A stretch of DNA of 64,000 nt, taken from Cenarchaeum sp. (GTDB lineage Archaea; Thermoproteota; Nitrososphaeria; Nitrososphaerales; Nitrosopumilaceae). The position numbers and the translations under genes are program-made. The stretch spans positions 96,001-160,000 of the forward strand of contig OY843768.1 in the NCBI GenBank assembly GCA_963693095.2, given 5' to 3'. The notes under the pieces are model-generated. The model was given only the letters and a program-made list of their open reading frames with translations, had not been told where the DNA came from and searched no databases. Every line of letters starts with the position of its first letter. The stretch's first letter is position 1. Below, piece by piece: positions 10,004-19,504 of this stretch.

Positions 10004-10170
10004 TGCCCCCAATCCTCGCCCACGCTCTGCGCGGGCTTTAGCGTGAGGGAGTCGCCGGTCCCCTCGAGCTCAAAGCTCGAGCCGCACTCGGGGCATGTCA
10101 CGATCTCGCCGGCCATCGCATTGTCCGGAAGCCCTATCGTCGCGTCGCACTCGGAGCACTTGGCGGCCAT
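10000..10170 (-). CDS. lysW: LysW carrier protein copy 1 (C-terminus EDWGQ)
   Basis: Not in ORF track; hand translation MAAKCSECDATIGLPDNAMAGEIVTCPECGSSFELEGTGDSLTLKPAQSVGEDWGQ*, two CxxC. Confidence 0.92.
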   Translation of the reverse strand: MAAKCSECDATIGLPDNAMAGEIVTCPECGSSFELEGTGDSLTLKPAQSVGEDWGQ

Positions 10171-10171
10171 A

Positions 10172-11356
10172 TCAGCGTCCCCGGCGCGCGCGGCGGCTAT
10201 TTAACCTTCTTTCAATCCTGTCCTCCAGCGGCATCTCCAGGACGTCGCCCATGCGAAGCGACTTTAGGCCGTCGGCCAGGCTCCTTGCCTGCTCGTCATC
10301 TGCGCGCAGGCCGAGTATCGCTGCCAGGTGGGCAGCACCGGCGCGGCCGGCGAGCTCGCCGAAGACTATGGTCCGGCGGTTGCCCACTGCGTTTGGCGGT
10401 ATGGGCTCGTATGCTGCCGGATTGTTCAGGACTGCGGCCAGGTGCGTGCCGGCCTTGTGCTTGAATGCCGACGAGCCGACTAGCGGCGCGGACTCGTGCG
10501 TCTTTATCGGCGTGTACGCGTCTATTAGGCGCGAGAGGTCGCCTAGCATGTCGAGGTGGAACGAGTTCTTTAGCCCATAGAGGTAGTGTATCGCCGTTGC
10601 GACCTCGGCGAGTGCGGGTATGCCCGTTCGCTCGCCGATGCCGTTTATCGTCGTGTGTATCTGGTCAACTCCGGCCTCGCATGCGGCAAACGCGTTGGCT
10701 AGCGCAAAGCCGACGTCATTGTGGACATGGACGTCAAGGGGAACGTCACCTATTGCGTCACGGACGAGTGCGACATACCTGCGCATTCCGTGGGGAAGCA
10801 TAGCCCCTGCAGTGTCCGGCAGGCTTATCCTGTCGACTCCGGCGTCCCTGACTGCGGCGCACACGCGCACAAGGAACTGCGGATCGGCCCTGCTCCCGTC
10901 CTCGGCGGTAAAGCGAATCTTTAGGCCGTGGGCCTTTGCGTACTCTACTGCCTTTACTGCGCGCGAGATGGCCTCGTCGTGGTCTATGCGCAGCTTGTCC
11001 CTCATGTGAACCTCGGATATCCCGAGATACACCGCACACCATTTCGCGTCACAGTCGATTATCTTGTCAATGTCGGCCACTAGAGCGCGACCGTGCGCGA
11101 CAATGTCTGCGGCAAGGCCCTGCCTTATTATCGTGCGCGTCGCCTCCTCGTGGTCAGCGGATATGACCGGCGATATCTCTATCTGGTCGACGCCAAAGTG
11201 GTCAAGCTCCCACGCTATCTGTATGCGCTGCTTTACGCTAAAGGAGATGCCGGGGTGCTGCTCCCCCTCGCGAAGCGTGCTGTCGAGTATGCGTATCTTT
11301 GACGGGCCTGTCACCATTGCGTTGTACTCGTCGGCCCTGCGGTTTGCCTTTTCCAT
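10172..11356 (-). CDS. Homocitrate synthase (LeuA family, no regulatory domain)
   Basis: LDSTLREGEQ, HVHNDVG, NGIGERTG, AFKHKAGTH; position in lysine cluster. Confidence 0.82.
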   Translation of the reverse strand: MEKANRRADEYNAMVTGPSKIRILDSTLREGEQHPGISFSVKQRIQIAWELDHFGVDQIEISPVISADHEEATRTIIRQGLAADIVAHGRALVADIDKIIDCDAKWCAVYLGISEVHMRDKLRIDHDEAISRAVKAVEYAKAHGLKIRFTAEDGSRADPQFLVRVCAAVRDAGVDRISLPDTAGAMLPHGMRRYVALVRDAIGDVPLDVHVHNDVGFALANAFAACEAGVDQIHTTINGIGERTGIPALAEVATAIHYLYGLKNSFHLDMLGDLSRLIDAYTPIKTHESAPLVGSSAFKHKAGTHLAAVLNNPAAYEPIPPNAVGNRRTIVFGELAGRAGAAHLAAILGLRADDEQARSLADGLKSLRMGDVLEMPLEDRIERRLNSRRARRGR

Positions 11357-11471
11357 TCCACGGTATGGGACTGCCGGGGCGTTATAAGGATAATCGTGCG
11401 TTTGTCGGCGTTTTTGGGCATTATGCGCTGATTTATGGCGTTTTACGCATATGGCACGCCGAATAGCGCAC

Positions 11472-11888
11472 CTACTCGTATGTCCGCAGTATTATCGTCG
11501 TGTTCGTGTTCGTCACGCCCTGTATCTTGCGCAACTGGTCAATGCTCTCATTGACGTTCAGTATGCCCTGCGCGCTAAGCGAGGCGATGATGTCATAGCT
11601 TCCGGTTATCTCGTGAACCGTGACGACCCCGTCGAGCTTCATTATGCGCTGCGAGACCTTGGCGACGTCGGTTCCGGACTCGACGGTCACAAACGCGACG
11701 GCCTTTGTCATGCCCTCATCGCCCATCTCGACGGTAAATCGCTTTATCGCCCCAGAGTCGAGGAGCGTCTTTATTCTCCGCCGGACCGCTGACTCTGAAA
11801 GGCCAACCTCCTTGCCGATCTCGCTGTGCCCCATGCGCGAGTCCTTTTTGAGCAACGCAATTATCTTGCGGTCCTTTTCGCTATGCAA
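11472..11888 (-). CDS. lysM: Lrp/AsnC regulator LysM
   Basis: DRKII..LKKDSR...SESAVRRRI HTH plus RAM domain; TTG 11888 likely start (track start 11924). Confidence 0.82.
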   Translation of the reverse strand: MHSEKDRKIIALLKKDSRMGHSEIGKEVGLSESAVRRRIKTLLDSGAIKRFTVEMGDEGMTKAVAFVTVESGTDVAKVSQRIMKLDGVVTVHEITGSYDIIASLSAQGILNVNESIDQLRKIQGVTNTNTTIILRTYE

Positions 11889-13059
11889 CTCCTCTCCTTG
11901 CCTCCTCTGCGCCGAGGAGGTCATCTAGGACGCCTAAAACCCTTGCGACGTCAGCGGAGCCGACGACGAGCGGGGGCAAGAGGCGCAGTATGTTGCGCCC
12001 CGAGTAGAGGAGGAGGACGCCCTGCTCTATGCCGCCCATGATGATGTCGCGCACGTCAACCTTTAGCTCCACTCCCACCATGAGGCCGCGCCCCCTGACC
12101 TCCCTGATGATCGCGTGCTTTTCTGCCAGCGCACGCAGTCCAGAGATGAGCTCATCGCCCACGCTTGCCGCATTGTCGACTAGGCCGTCAGTCACCAGTG
12201 CGTCAAGTGTCGCCGTGCCGGCCGCGCACGAGAGCGCATTGCCGCCAAACGTGGAAGAGTGCTCGCCCTTTGACATGCTCGCGATGATCTCCGGCCTTGC
12301 GAGCGTGACGCCCATGGGAACGCCGCCGGCTATTCCCTTTGCGAGGCACAGTATGTCCGGTGCCGTGGAGTCATGGTCACACGCCCACATCTTTCCGGTC
12401 CTTCCGAGGCCCGCCTGTATCTCGTCGAACGCGAGGACGACGCCGCGCTCGTCGCAGACGCGCCGCACGTCGCGCAAAAACCCGTCAGGCGCAACGTGTA
12501 TGCCGCTCTCGCCCTGTATGGGCTCGAGTATCACCATGCCAGTCTCCTCGGTGATGGCCTCGCGCAGCGCGTCAATGTCGCCAAATGGCGAGAACGAGAC
12601 GCCGTCGAGGAGCGGCCCGAAGGCCTTGCGGTACTTTGGGTTGAACGTCAGCGAGAGCGCGCCCATGGACTTGCCGTGGTACGACCCGCGCATTGCCACC
12701 ATGTGGGACTTTTTGGTGAACTTGCGCGCGAACTTTATTGCCGCCTCGACGGCCTCTGCGCCGCTGTTGTTCAGGTGCGCGCACGTGAGGCCTTTAGGGG
12801 CCAGCGAGACTATCTTTTCGAGAAACCTCGCGCGAACATTGCTGTAGAGGGATCCGTGAACCGTGACGATCCTGTCGACCTGTTCCCTTATTGCCGCCGT
12901 GACGCGCTCGTTGCGGTGGCCGACTAGCGCTACGCCGTACCCGCCCATAAAGTCAAGGTACTCCTTTCCGGCCGTGTCCCACACGCGCACTCCCTGCCCG
13001 CGCTCGACGGTCACGGGGAACCTCTGGTACAGGCCGCCCATTATGGCATCCTCGCTCAT
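11881..13059 (-). CDS. lysJ: [LysW]-aminoadipate semialdehyde/glutamate semialdehyde transaminase
   Basis: NSGAEAVEAAIK, EPIQGESG, FDEIQAGLGRTG, LAKGIAGG class III PLP motifs. Confidence 0.9.
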   Translation of the reverse strand: MSEDAIMGGLYQRFPVTVERGQGVRVWDTAGKEYLDFMGGYGVALVGHRNERVTAAIREQVDRIVTVHGSLYSNVRARFLEKIVSLAPKGLTCAHLNNSGAEAVEAAIKFARKFTKKSHMVAMRGSYHGKSMGALSLTFNPKYRKAFGPLLDGVSFSPFGDIDALREAITEETGMVILEPIQGESGIHVAPDGFLRDVRRVCDERGVVLAFDEIQAGLGRTGKMWACDHDSTAPDILCLAKGIAGGVPMGVTLARPEIIASMSKGEHSSTFGGNALSCAAGTATLDALVTDGLVDNAASVGDELISGLRALAEKHAIIREVRGRGLMVGVELKVDVRDIIMGGIEQGVLLLYSGRNILRLLPPLVVGSADVARVLGVLDDLLGAEEARRGVA

Positions 13060-13859
13060 TGCCGGATCACCGTGCAGCGCTCATGCGCCATGGCCGCCGA
13101 TATTGGCCCCTCCCTCTTTCCGCTCGCGATGATCGCCTCTCCGACGCCGGCGTCTAGTGCCTCAAGTGCGGCGATGACCTTCTTTTCCATCCCCGCCCCT
13201 ATCCGCGGGCGCATCTCGCGCGCCTCAGCGGCGCTGATCCCCTCGACTAGCCTGTCATCCATGATTATCCCGTCGACATTGGTGACGAATATGACGCGAC
13301 TGGCGCGCATGGCGCCGGCAACACTGGCCGCCGCCCTGTCGCCGTCGACGTTGAGAAACTCGTTCTCCTCGCTGAGCGCAACGGGGGCGATGACTGGCGT
13401 AAAGCCTGACCCGATGAGCGAGGATATGAGGGCAGAGTTTACGTGCGATATCTTGCCCGTGTACCCGCCGTCGATCGCCTGCTTTCTGCCGCGCTCGTTG
13501 ACTATGAGGAGCCTCTTTTTCCGGTCGGCGCGAATGAGCCCGCCATCTATGCCGCACACGCCCACGGCGTTGACTCCGCCGGCCTGCAGCGAGCGCACTA
13601 TGGACTTGTTGACGCGTCCGGCCATGACCATCGTGAATATCTCGGCCGTCTCTTTGTCAGTATAGCGGCTCCTCACGCCGCTCGGTGACGTGATAAAGCG
13701 CGGCTCGTGGCCGAGGCGGCCCGACACGTCAGTCACGTCGCGCCCGCCGCCGTGGACGACTATGACGCCACCCTCGGACTCGGCTGCCTGCCGTATGTCC
13801 GCAATTGCCGTCTCGTGCAGGTCGCCGACCACGCTCCCGCCTATCTTTATCGTGATCAT
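13056..13859 (-). CDS. lysZ: [LysW]-aminoadipate/[LysW]-glutamate kinase
   Basis: IKIGGS, VHGGG, SRYTD, GGYTGKI, LNVDGDRAA. Confidence 0.92.
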   Translation of the reverse strand: MITIKIGGSVVGDLHETAIADIRQAAESEGGVIVVHGGGRDVTDVSGRLGHEPRFITSPSGVRSRYTDKETAEIFTMVMAGRVNKSIVRSLQAGGVNAVGVCGIDGGLIRADRKKRLLIVNERGRKQAIDGGYTGKISHVNSALISSLIGSGFTPVIAPVALSEENEFLNVDGDRAAASVAGAMRASRVIFVTNVDGIIMDDRLVEGISAAEAREMRPRIGAGMEKKVIAALEALDAGVGEAIIASGKREGPISAAMAHERCTVIRQ

Positions 13860-13865
13860 CGTGGC

Positions 13866-14921
13866 TCACACCGGTGTGAGCGGCGAGTATAGCAGCCCCT
13901 CGGTCTCCTCGCCGCCTAGCATGACGTTCATGTTCTGTATCGCAGAACCCGCCGCGCCCTTCATCAGGTTGTCTGATGCGGAGAGCGCAATGAGCCTGTT
14001 GTTTGCGGGGTCGAGGTCAAAGCCAATGTCGCAAAAGTTCGATCCCACGACGAACTTTGGGTCAGGAAACTTGTAGAGTCCCTTTTTGTCGCGAATGAGC
14101 CTGATGAACCTCTCATCCCCATAGCGCTCGCGGTATATCCTCCAGATGTCCCTCTCATCGACGTCGCGCTCGAGGAACGTGTGGCTAGTGCAGAGTATGC
14201 CGCGCACGACGTCGACTGCGTGCGGGCTCATCGAGACGGGTATCTTTGAGCCGGCTGCCTCGGAGAGCTCTTGCTCTATCTCGCCGGTGTGCCGGTGCAT
14301 CGCCGGCTTGTACGGGCGTATGACGCCGGCCCTCATCGCGTGGTTTGTGCCGGCCTTTCCGCCCGCACCGGCGCCCGAGGAGCCGATCTTTGAGTCGACG
14401 ATTATGTGCTTTTTGTCGATGAGGCCCTCCTCCACTAGCGGGCGAAGCGCCAGTATCGACGTCACTGCCATGCAGCCCGGACACGAGACGAGCCTTGCGG
14501 TGCGTATGGCCTCGCGGTGGATCTCGGGCACGCCGTAGACTGAGCCCTTGAGGCCACCTGGGTTTGTGTGTGTCCAGCCATACCACCTGTCATAGTCGGC
14601 GGCGTTGTGGAGCCGATAGTCGGCGCTCAGGTCTATGACGCGCACGCCGCGATCGAGGAGCTCCTGGACGATGTCGACTGCGGTCCCGTGGGGGACGGCC
14701 GTAAAGACAATGTCGCACGCCTCGGCCATGCGGTCATAGTCGAGCTCGCTGAACTTTATGTCCCCGATTAGGCCCTTTAGGCTAGGCTGGACGCGGTGGA
14801 CATAGTCGCCGGCGTGCTGCCTCGAGGTGACCATGGCTATCTCGGCGCGCGGATGGCCCACTAGGAGACGCAGGACCTCCCCGCCAACATAGCCTGATGC
14901 ACCAACGACGCCGGCCTTCAT
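13866..14921 (-). CDS. lysY: [LysW]-aminoadipyl/glutamyl-phosphate reductase (ArgC family)
   Basis: GASGYVGGE, IDLSADYRL, PGCMA, DNLMKGAAG; start at MKAGVVG. Confidence 0.92.
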   Translation of the reverse strand: MKAGVVGASGYVGGEVLRLLVGHPRAEIAMVTSRQHAGDYVHRVQPSLKGLIGDIKFSELDYDRMAEACDIVFTAVPHGTAVDIVQELLDRGVRVIDLSADYRLHNAADYDRWYGWTHTNPGGLKGSVYGVPEIHREAIRTARLVSCPGCMAVTSILALRPLVEEGLIDKKHIIVDSKIGSSGAGAGGKAGTNHAMRAGVIRPYKPAMHRHTGEIEQELSEAAGSKIPVSMSPHAVDVVRGILCTSHTFLERDVDERDIWRIYRERYGDERFIRLIRDKKGLYKFPDPKFVVGSNFCDIGFDLDPANNRLIALSASDNLMKGAAGSAIQNMNVMLGGEETEGLLYSPLTPV

Positions 14922-14967
14922 GCCGGTGGGCTTGCGCGCGCATAATTTATACTCAATGCGCGCAGCG

Positions 14968-15825
14968 TCATCCCCTCGCCGTGCGCGCGGCAAACTCGAT
15001 AATGGCCCCCGGCACGTCGGCCTGCCCAGTGCTTGCCATGCCCCTGAACTCGACTGTGTTGTTGACCTCGTGGACGACGATCCCGCGCTCGGCGTCCTCC
15101 ATCATGTCCACGCCGAGGACACCGCCGCCGACGGCCTCTGACGCTCGCGCGGCGAGCTCCCCGATCTCCGGCGTGATCGCGCATGGCTCGGGCCTGGCTC
15201 CGGCGGCAACGTTTGTCCTAAACCCTCCTGACTCGCGGTACATTGCGGCGACGGCCTCGCCGCCAACGGTTATGACGCGAATGTCGCGCGGCGGGCGCCT
15301 TATGCGCTCCTGGAGATAGTATAGGCGGTCATGCGGCGAGTCAGTCACCGCACGAGCCTCCATTATCGCATCAAGCGTGTCGCGATCATTTACGCTCATC
15401 ACTCCACGGCCCCAGCTTCCGACGAGCGGCTTTATGACGAGCGGATAGCCCTCGCGCCCAAAGCAGTCCACTGCACCCTCGGCCGAGAGCGCAAAGTGCG
15501 TTCGCGGCGTCGGCACGCGCGCCTTTTGGAGGAGGAGCGTCATGAACATCTTGTTGCCGCAGCGCGAGGCCACATCAAGGCTGTTTATCGACGTGACTCC
15601 GGCAAACTCGGCTATGGCAGTAAAGCACATTCCCCTGTGATAGCTCACGCATCTCTCTAGGACGACATCGCCGAGGCCCAGTGAGGCAGCACTACTCTGC
15701 GTGCTCGCGCTGACTGACTTTGCGTCGACCATGTGGGCCTCATGCCCCCTCTCTGAGGCGCTCTTTGCCAGCATCTTTTCCTCCACGCGGAGTCGGTCGT
15801 AGGCTATGCTTATTCTAACCATCAC
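14968..15825 (-). CDS. argX: Glutamate--LysW ligase (second LysX paralog)
   Basis: KPLVGSWGR, PPRDIR, FRTNVA, EVNNTVEF; coupled to second lysW and argG; ArgX specificity inferred from context. Confidence 0.78.
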   Translation of the reverse strand: MMVRISIAYDRLRVEEKMLAKSASERGHEAHMVDAKSVSASTQSSAASLGLGDVVLERCVSYHRGMCFTAIAEFAGVTSINSLDVASRCGNKMFMTLLLQKARVPTPRTHFALSAEGAVDCFGREGYPLVIKPLVGSWGRGVMSVNDRDTLDAIMEARAVTDSPHDRLYYLQERIRRPPRDIRVITVGGEAVAAMYRESGGFRTNVAAGARPEPCAITPEIGELAARASEAVGGGVLGVDMMEDAERGIVVHEVNNTVEFRGMASTGQADVPGAIIEFAARTARG

Positions 15826-15986
15826 TCGCCCCAGTCTTCGCCGACCTTTTCAGCCCTCTTTAGCTCCACCTCGGAGCCGCTTCTAGAGACCTCATAGTCG
15901 GCCCCGCAGTCAGGGCATGTGACAAGCTCGCCGGACATCGCGTCATCTGGAACGCTTAGGCCTGCGTCGCACTCGGGACACTTCAC
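15822..15986 (-). CDS. lysW: LysW/ArgW carrier protein copy 2 (canonical EDWGE)
   Basis: GTG start; MKCPECDAGLSVPDDAMSGELVTCPDCGADYEVSRSGSEVELKRAEKVGEDWGE*. Confidence 0.92.
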   Translation of the reverse strand: MKCPECDAGLSVPDDAMSGELVTCPDCGADYEVSRSGSEVELKRAEKVGEDWGE

Positions 15987-17178
15987 GGCGCGCCGCACGC
16001 GATCCTTGTAATTTAACCGCTTCTGTGGACTGGAGGCCCCAGAGCTCCACAAAGCCCGTGGCACGCCTCTGATCAAACGTCGAGCCGCGCCCATACGTGG
16101 CCTCCTCGGCGCTGTATAGCGAGTTTGGCGACGAGCGCCCGACGACCCTGACTGCGCCCCTGTGGAGCCTCAGGCGCACGGTCCCGCTGACGGGCTCCTG
16201 CGAGCGCTCGATATACGACTCGAGGCTTGCGCGCAGGGGATCCTCCCAAAGTCCCGAGTATGCCAGCCACGTCCACTCGGCGTCAACTGTGCCCTTGAAG
16301 CGCGTCTCGTGCTTTGTGTGGACCATCTTTTCGAGGTCGGCGTGGGCCTCGATGACGCATGCTGCCGCCGGCGCCTCATAGACCTCCCTTGACTTTATCC
16401 CGACGGTGCGATCCTCTATGTGGTCGACGATTCCGACTCCTGCCCTGCCGGCCACTGCGTTGAGGCGCTCGATTAGCGCGCGCGCGCGCATTCTCCTCCC
16501 GTCAAGGGAGACGGGCACGCCGCGCTCAAAGCCGATCCTGACATACGTCGGCCTCGCCGGCGGGCTCGTGCTGACCCACTCAAAGGCGTCATCTGGCGGC
16601 TCGGCGGCCGCATCCTCGAGCACGCCGCCCTCTATGGCGCGCCCCCAGAGGTTCTGGTCAATGCTAAACCTTCTTGCGACGTTCTCTATGCGCACGCCGT
16701 GCTTGCGCGCAAAGTCCAGCTCTGTCGGGCGATCAAGGTTCATGTCGCGTATGGGCGCGACTATGGGGAGCGATGATGCGGCCCTCATCGTTACATCAAA
16801 GCGCACCTGGTCGTTTCCCTTTCCGGAACAGCCGTGCGCAAGTGATGTTGCGCGCTCTTTTCTTGCGACCTCGATGACCTTTTTTGCGATTAGTGGCCTG
16901 GCCAGCGCAGTGGCGAGGTTGTACTTTGACTGGTATAGCGCGTTTGCCTTTATGGCGACGAGCACATAGTCGCGCACAAACTCATCACGCGCATCTAGCG
17001 TGTAGTGCTTTTTGACGCCGAGCGCCCTGGCGCGCCGCCCAATCTCGGCACTGCTGCCGCCCTGGCCCACATCGACTGTGACAGTCACGACGTCCATGTC
17101 AAGATCCTCCTGGAGGTACTTTACGACGACTGACGTGTCTAGCCCGCCCGAGAACGCGAGAACTGCCTTGCCTGACAA
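15943..17178 (-). CDS. argG: Argininosuccinate synthase
   Basis: AFSGGLDTS, HGCSGKGNDQVRF, SIDQNLWGR, GIKSREVYEAP. Confidence 0.95.
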   Translation of the reverse strand: MSGKAVLAFSGGLDTSVVVKYLQEDLDMDVVTVTVDVGQGGSSAEIGRRARALGVKKHYTLDARDEFVRDYVLVAIKANALYQSKYNLATALARPLIAKKVIEVARKERATSLAHGCSGKGNDQVRFDVTMRAASSLPIVAPIRDMNLDRPTELDFARKHGVRIENVARRFSIDQNLWGRAIEGGVLEDAAAEPPDDAFEWVSTSPPARPTYVRIGFERGVPVSLDGRRMRARALIERLNAVAGRAGVGIVDHIEDRTVGIKSREVYEAPAAACVIEAHADLEKMVHTKHETRFKGTVDAEWTWLAYSGLWEDPLRASLESYIERSQEPVSGTVRLRLHRGAVRVVGRSSPNSLYSAEEATYGRGSTFDQRRATGFVELWGLQSTEAVKLQGSRAARREVSRVRRRPKRSR

Positions 17179-17515
17179 CGCGCGCGCGTGCGTATGCCTT
17201 GTGATTTATCTATTGCGCGTGGATCGGCATAATGTCAGCACCCATGCCCGTTCATGCCGGTGCAGGCGCTGCTGCGGCGAGTGGGCCGGGCCCGATGCCA
17301 CCATTTGGCCAAGTGGGCAAGAGGCGTGCCGGCCTAATGCCTGGGTTGGCCGCAAGCCGTTAAATATGCGCCTTGGGCACGCCTGCCATGTCGGCAGCAG
17401 TCGTGCTGGCGCCAGCCGTGCCAGCACTTTTCATGCAGTCGTTGGCCATTGCGAGCCAGCTCGGCATCATTTCAGCGTGGGAGAACACCATGCGCACGAT
17501 GGGGGATCCACAACA

Positions 17516-19504
17516 ATGATTCGCGTGCTTGCCGCCATCTCGATCGTTGCGGCCTGTGCGACCATTGCGGGTTACGGCGTGTTGTCCTGGGATGCAGGTG
17601 GGACTGTTGAATATGCCGACGTCGTGCCCGGCGCAGAGGCTGTGGACGACGGGGAGGTGTGGGGAACCGTCGAGCATTACGCGCAGCGCGCCGCCGAGCT
17701 GTACGCAAAGCGCACGCACGGGGAGCATCCGGAGGAATTTCCCGCAATTCGCACTGACGCCCTTGCGGACGGCATTGTGGAGCTGTACTGGGAGGTGCAG
17801 CGCGACGACGATCTGCGCCTCCGGCTGCCAGAGAGGCTCAGGGTGTCCATGGATGCCGCGAATCCCGACGAGCTGGCATCAGGGCTCATCGACCTGCACA
17901 ATGCGGTGCAGAGCGACGACGAGCTGCACCGCATGCTGCCCGAGGAGTTTCGCGTGCCGCTAAAGGCGGTTCGCTATTACTTTGCCACCGAGGCTCCGTT
18001 CTGCCTTGGGGATCCTTTTTGCGCTGATGTGGATTACATGGCAGGTTATCACGGTGCCGACGACGAGAGCTACCTTAGATCGTCCACGGAATCCATGGAG
18101 CCCTGGAACGAAGACAATGGCGTGCGCAAGATGTGCGAGGCTGCCCGCGATGATCTCACAGGGCAGCTTCCGTGGCTGGAGGGGGACGCAGAGTGGCTCT
18201 TTTTTATGGACATATGCAGGGACTGGCACAGCAGGCACGTCTCCTATTCCATCGTGGCATACCTGACCGAAAACGTCTCTGAGCGCTGCAGGAACCTGAT
18301 AGACTCCGGGTGGGTGGTGGGCAACAGTGGCGACTTTTATCGTCCAGGGGCGACCCCTCACGAGACGCGGCAAGAGTTCTACCCCGACGAGGTTCTGGAT
18401 CCTGAACACGATTACGGAAACACCTTGTTTAAATCAAGATGCCTGCCGTCAGGATTCCCGCCCTCCGAACTTCTCCTCCGCCACCCCCCAGAAGTAGAGC
18501 CGGTAGGTTGGGCTTCTGACCCTGCCGACGTCGTGCCCGGCGCAGAGTCCGAGGGGGACGACGGGGAAGTGTGGGGAACCGTTGAGCATTACGCGCAGCG
18601 CGCCGCCGAGCTGTACGCAAAGCGCACACACGGGGAGCATCCAGAGAAATTTCCCGCAATTAGCCCTGACGCCCTTGCGGACGGCATTGTGGAGCTGTAC
18701 TGGGAGGTGCAGCGCGACGACGATCTGCGCCTCCGGCTGCCAGAGAGGCTCAGGGTGTCCATGGATGCCGCGAATCCCGACGAGCTGGCATCCGGACTCC
18801 TCGACCTGCACAATGCGGTGCAGAGCGACGACGAGCTGCACCGCATGCTGCCCGAGGAGTTTCGCGTGCCGCTAAAGGCGGTGGTCTATCACTTTGATGC
18901 CCCGACCGTGTCTTGCTCTTTCTGGTATGTCTGTCAGGATGAGTTTGTGAGCGTCTATTCTGGTTCTGATGACGAGAGCTATCTTCGATCCGTTCAGCAC
19001 ACCACGAAGCTTTGGCAAGACAACAAGCAAAAAGTGTGCAGGGCCGCTAACGACAAGCTTGTGGGACAGCTTCCATGGCTGGAGGGCAACGCGGAATGGC
19101 TCGTGTTTATGGGCGGATGCGAGCACTGGCACAGCAAGCACATCTCCGAGTCCATCGTGGCATACCTGACCGAGAACGTCTCTGAGCGCTGCAGGGACCT
19201 GATAGACTCCGGGTGGGTGGTGGGCAACAGTGGCTCCTTTTATCGTCCAGTGATGCCCCACTACGAGCGGTGGCAAGAGTTTCTGACAAACATATTCACG
19301 CTGGGCTCCACGACGGTCACGTGCACGGAGACTGACGAGTCGGGCAAAACGGGCCGCGCCGCGTTCAGGGTGACTGTGAGCTCTACGGACGTCGTGCCGC
19401 CGGTGATCACGCTGTCGGCTGACATGTCGATTCCGGCGACGTCAAGCGTCGGCGCAACGGAGACGTTCACGGTGACTGCCCGCGGCGTAGACGGGGCAGT
19501 CTAG
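17516..19504 (+). CDS. Secreted protein with two ~300-aa tandem modules and HYR-like C-terminus, interrupted by TAG
   Basis: Start MIRVLAAISIVAAC (signal/TM); duplicated module; TVTCT..D..G..F.VTV..D..PP HYR-like motifs; HYR frame continues past the stop. Confidence 0.7.
   Translation: MIRVLAAISIVAACATIAGYGVLSWDAGGTVEYADVVPGAEAVDDGEVWGTVEHYAQRAAELYAKRTHGEHPEEFPAIRTDALADGIVELYWEVQRDDDLRLRLPERLRVSMDAANPDELASGLIDLHNAVQSDDELHRMLPEEFRVPLKAVRYYFATEAPFCLGDPFCADVDYMAGYHGADDESYLRSSTESMEPWNEDNGVRKMCEAARDDLTGQLPWLEGDAEWLFFMDICRDWHSRHVSYSIVAYLTENVSERCRNLIDSGWVVGNSGDFYRPGATPHETRQEFYPDEVLDPEHDYGNTLFKSRCLPSGFPPSELLLRHPPEVEPVGWASDPADVVPGAESEGDDGEVWGTVEHYAQRAAELYAKRTHGEHPEKFPAISPDALADGIVELYWEVQRDDDLRLRLPERLRVSMDAANPDELASGLLDLHNAVQSDDELHRMLPEEFRVPLKAVVYHFDAPTVSCSFWYVCQDEFVSVYSGSDDESYLRSVQHTTKLWQDNKQKVCRAANDKLVGQLPWLEGNAEWLVFMGGCEHWHSKHISESIVAYLTENVSERCRDLIDSGWVVGNSGSFYRPVMPHYERWQEFLTNIFTLGSTTVTCTETDESGKTGRAAFRVTVSSTDVVPPVITLSADMSIPATSSVGATETFTVTARGVDGAV
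17614..19249 (+). repeat. Intragenic direct repeat, two units ~0.9 kb apart
   Basis: 17614-17970 nearly identical to 18523-18882; 18248-18346 nearly identical to 19151-19249; divergent middle. Confidence 0.95.

Noticed and set aside
17012-17515. N-terminal extension of the 830-aa ORF; similar extensions on dph5, lysY, leuA, csl4 and the transposase
   Set aside because: They overlap neighbouring genes, promoters or TIRs; downstream starts fit signal peptides and family N-termini
17614-19249. Diversity-generating retroelement TR/VR pair
   Set aside because: Differences include indels and are not adenine-specific, both units lie in one ORF, and no reverse transcriptase is in the window
19502-19504. 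Pyrrolysine read-through of TAG
   Set aside because: No pyl genes seen and TAG is a normal stop for many genes in this window
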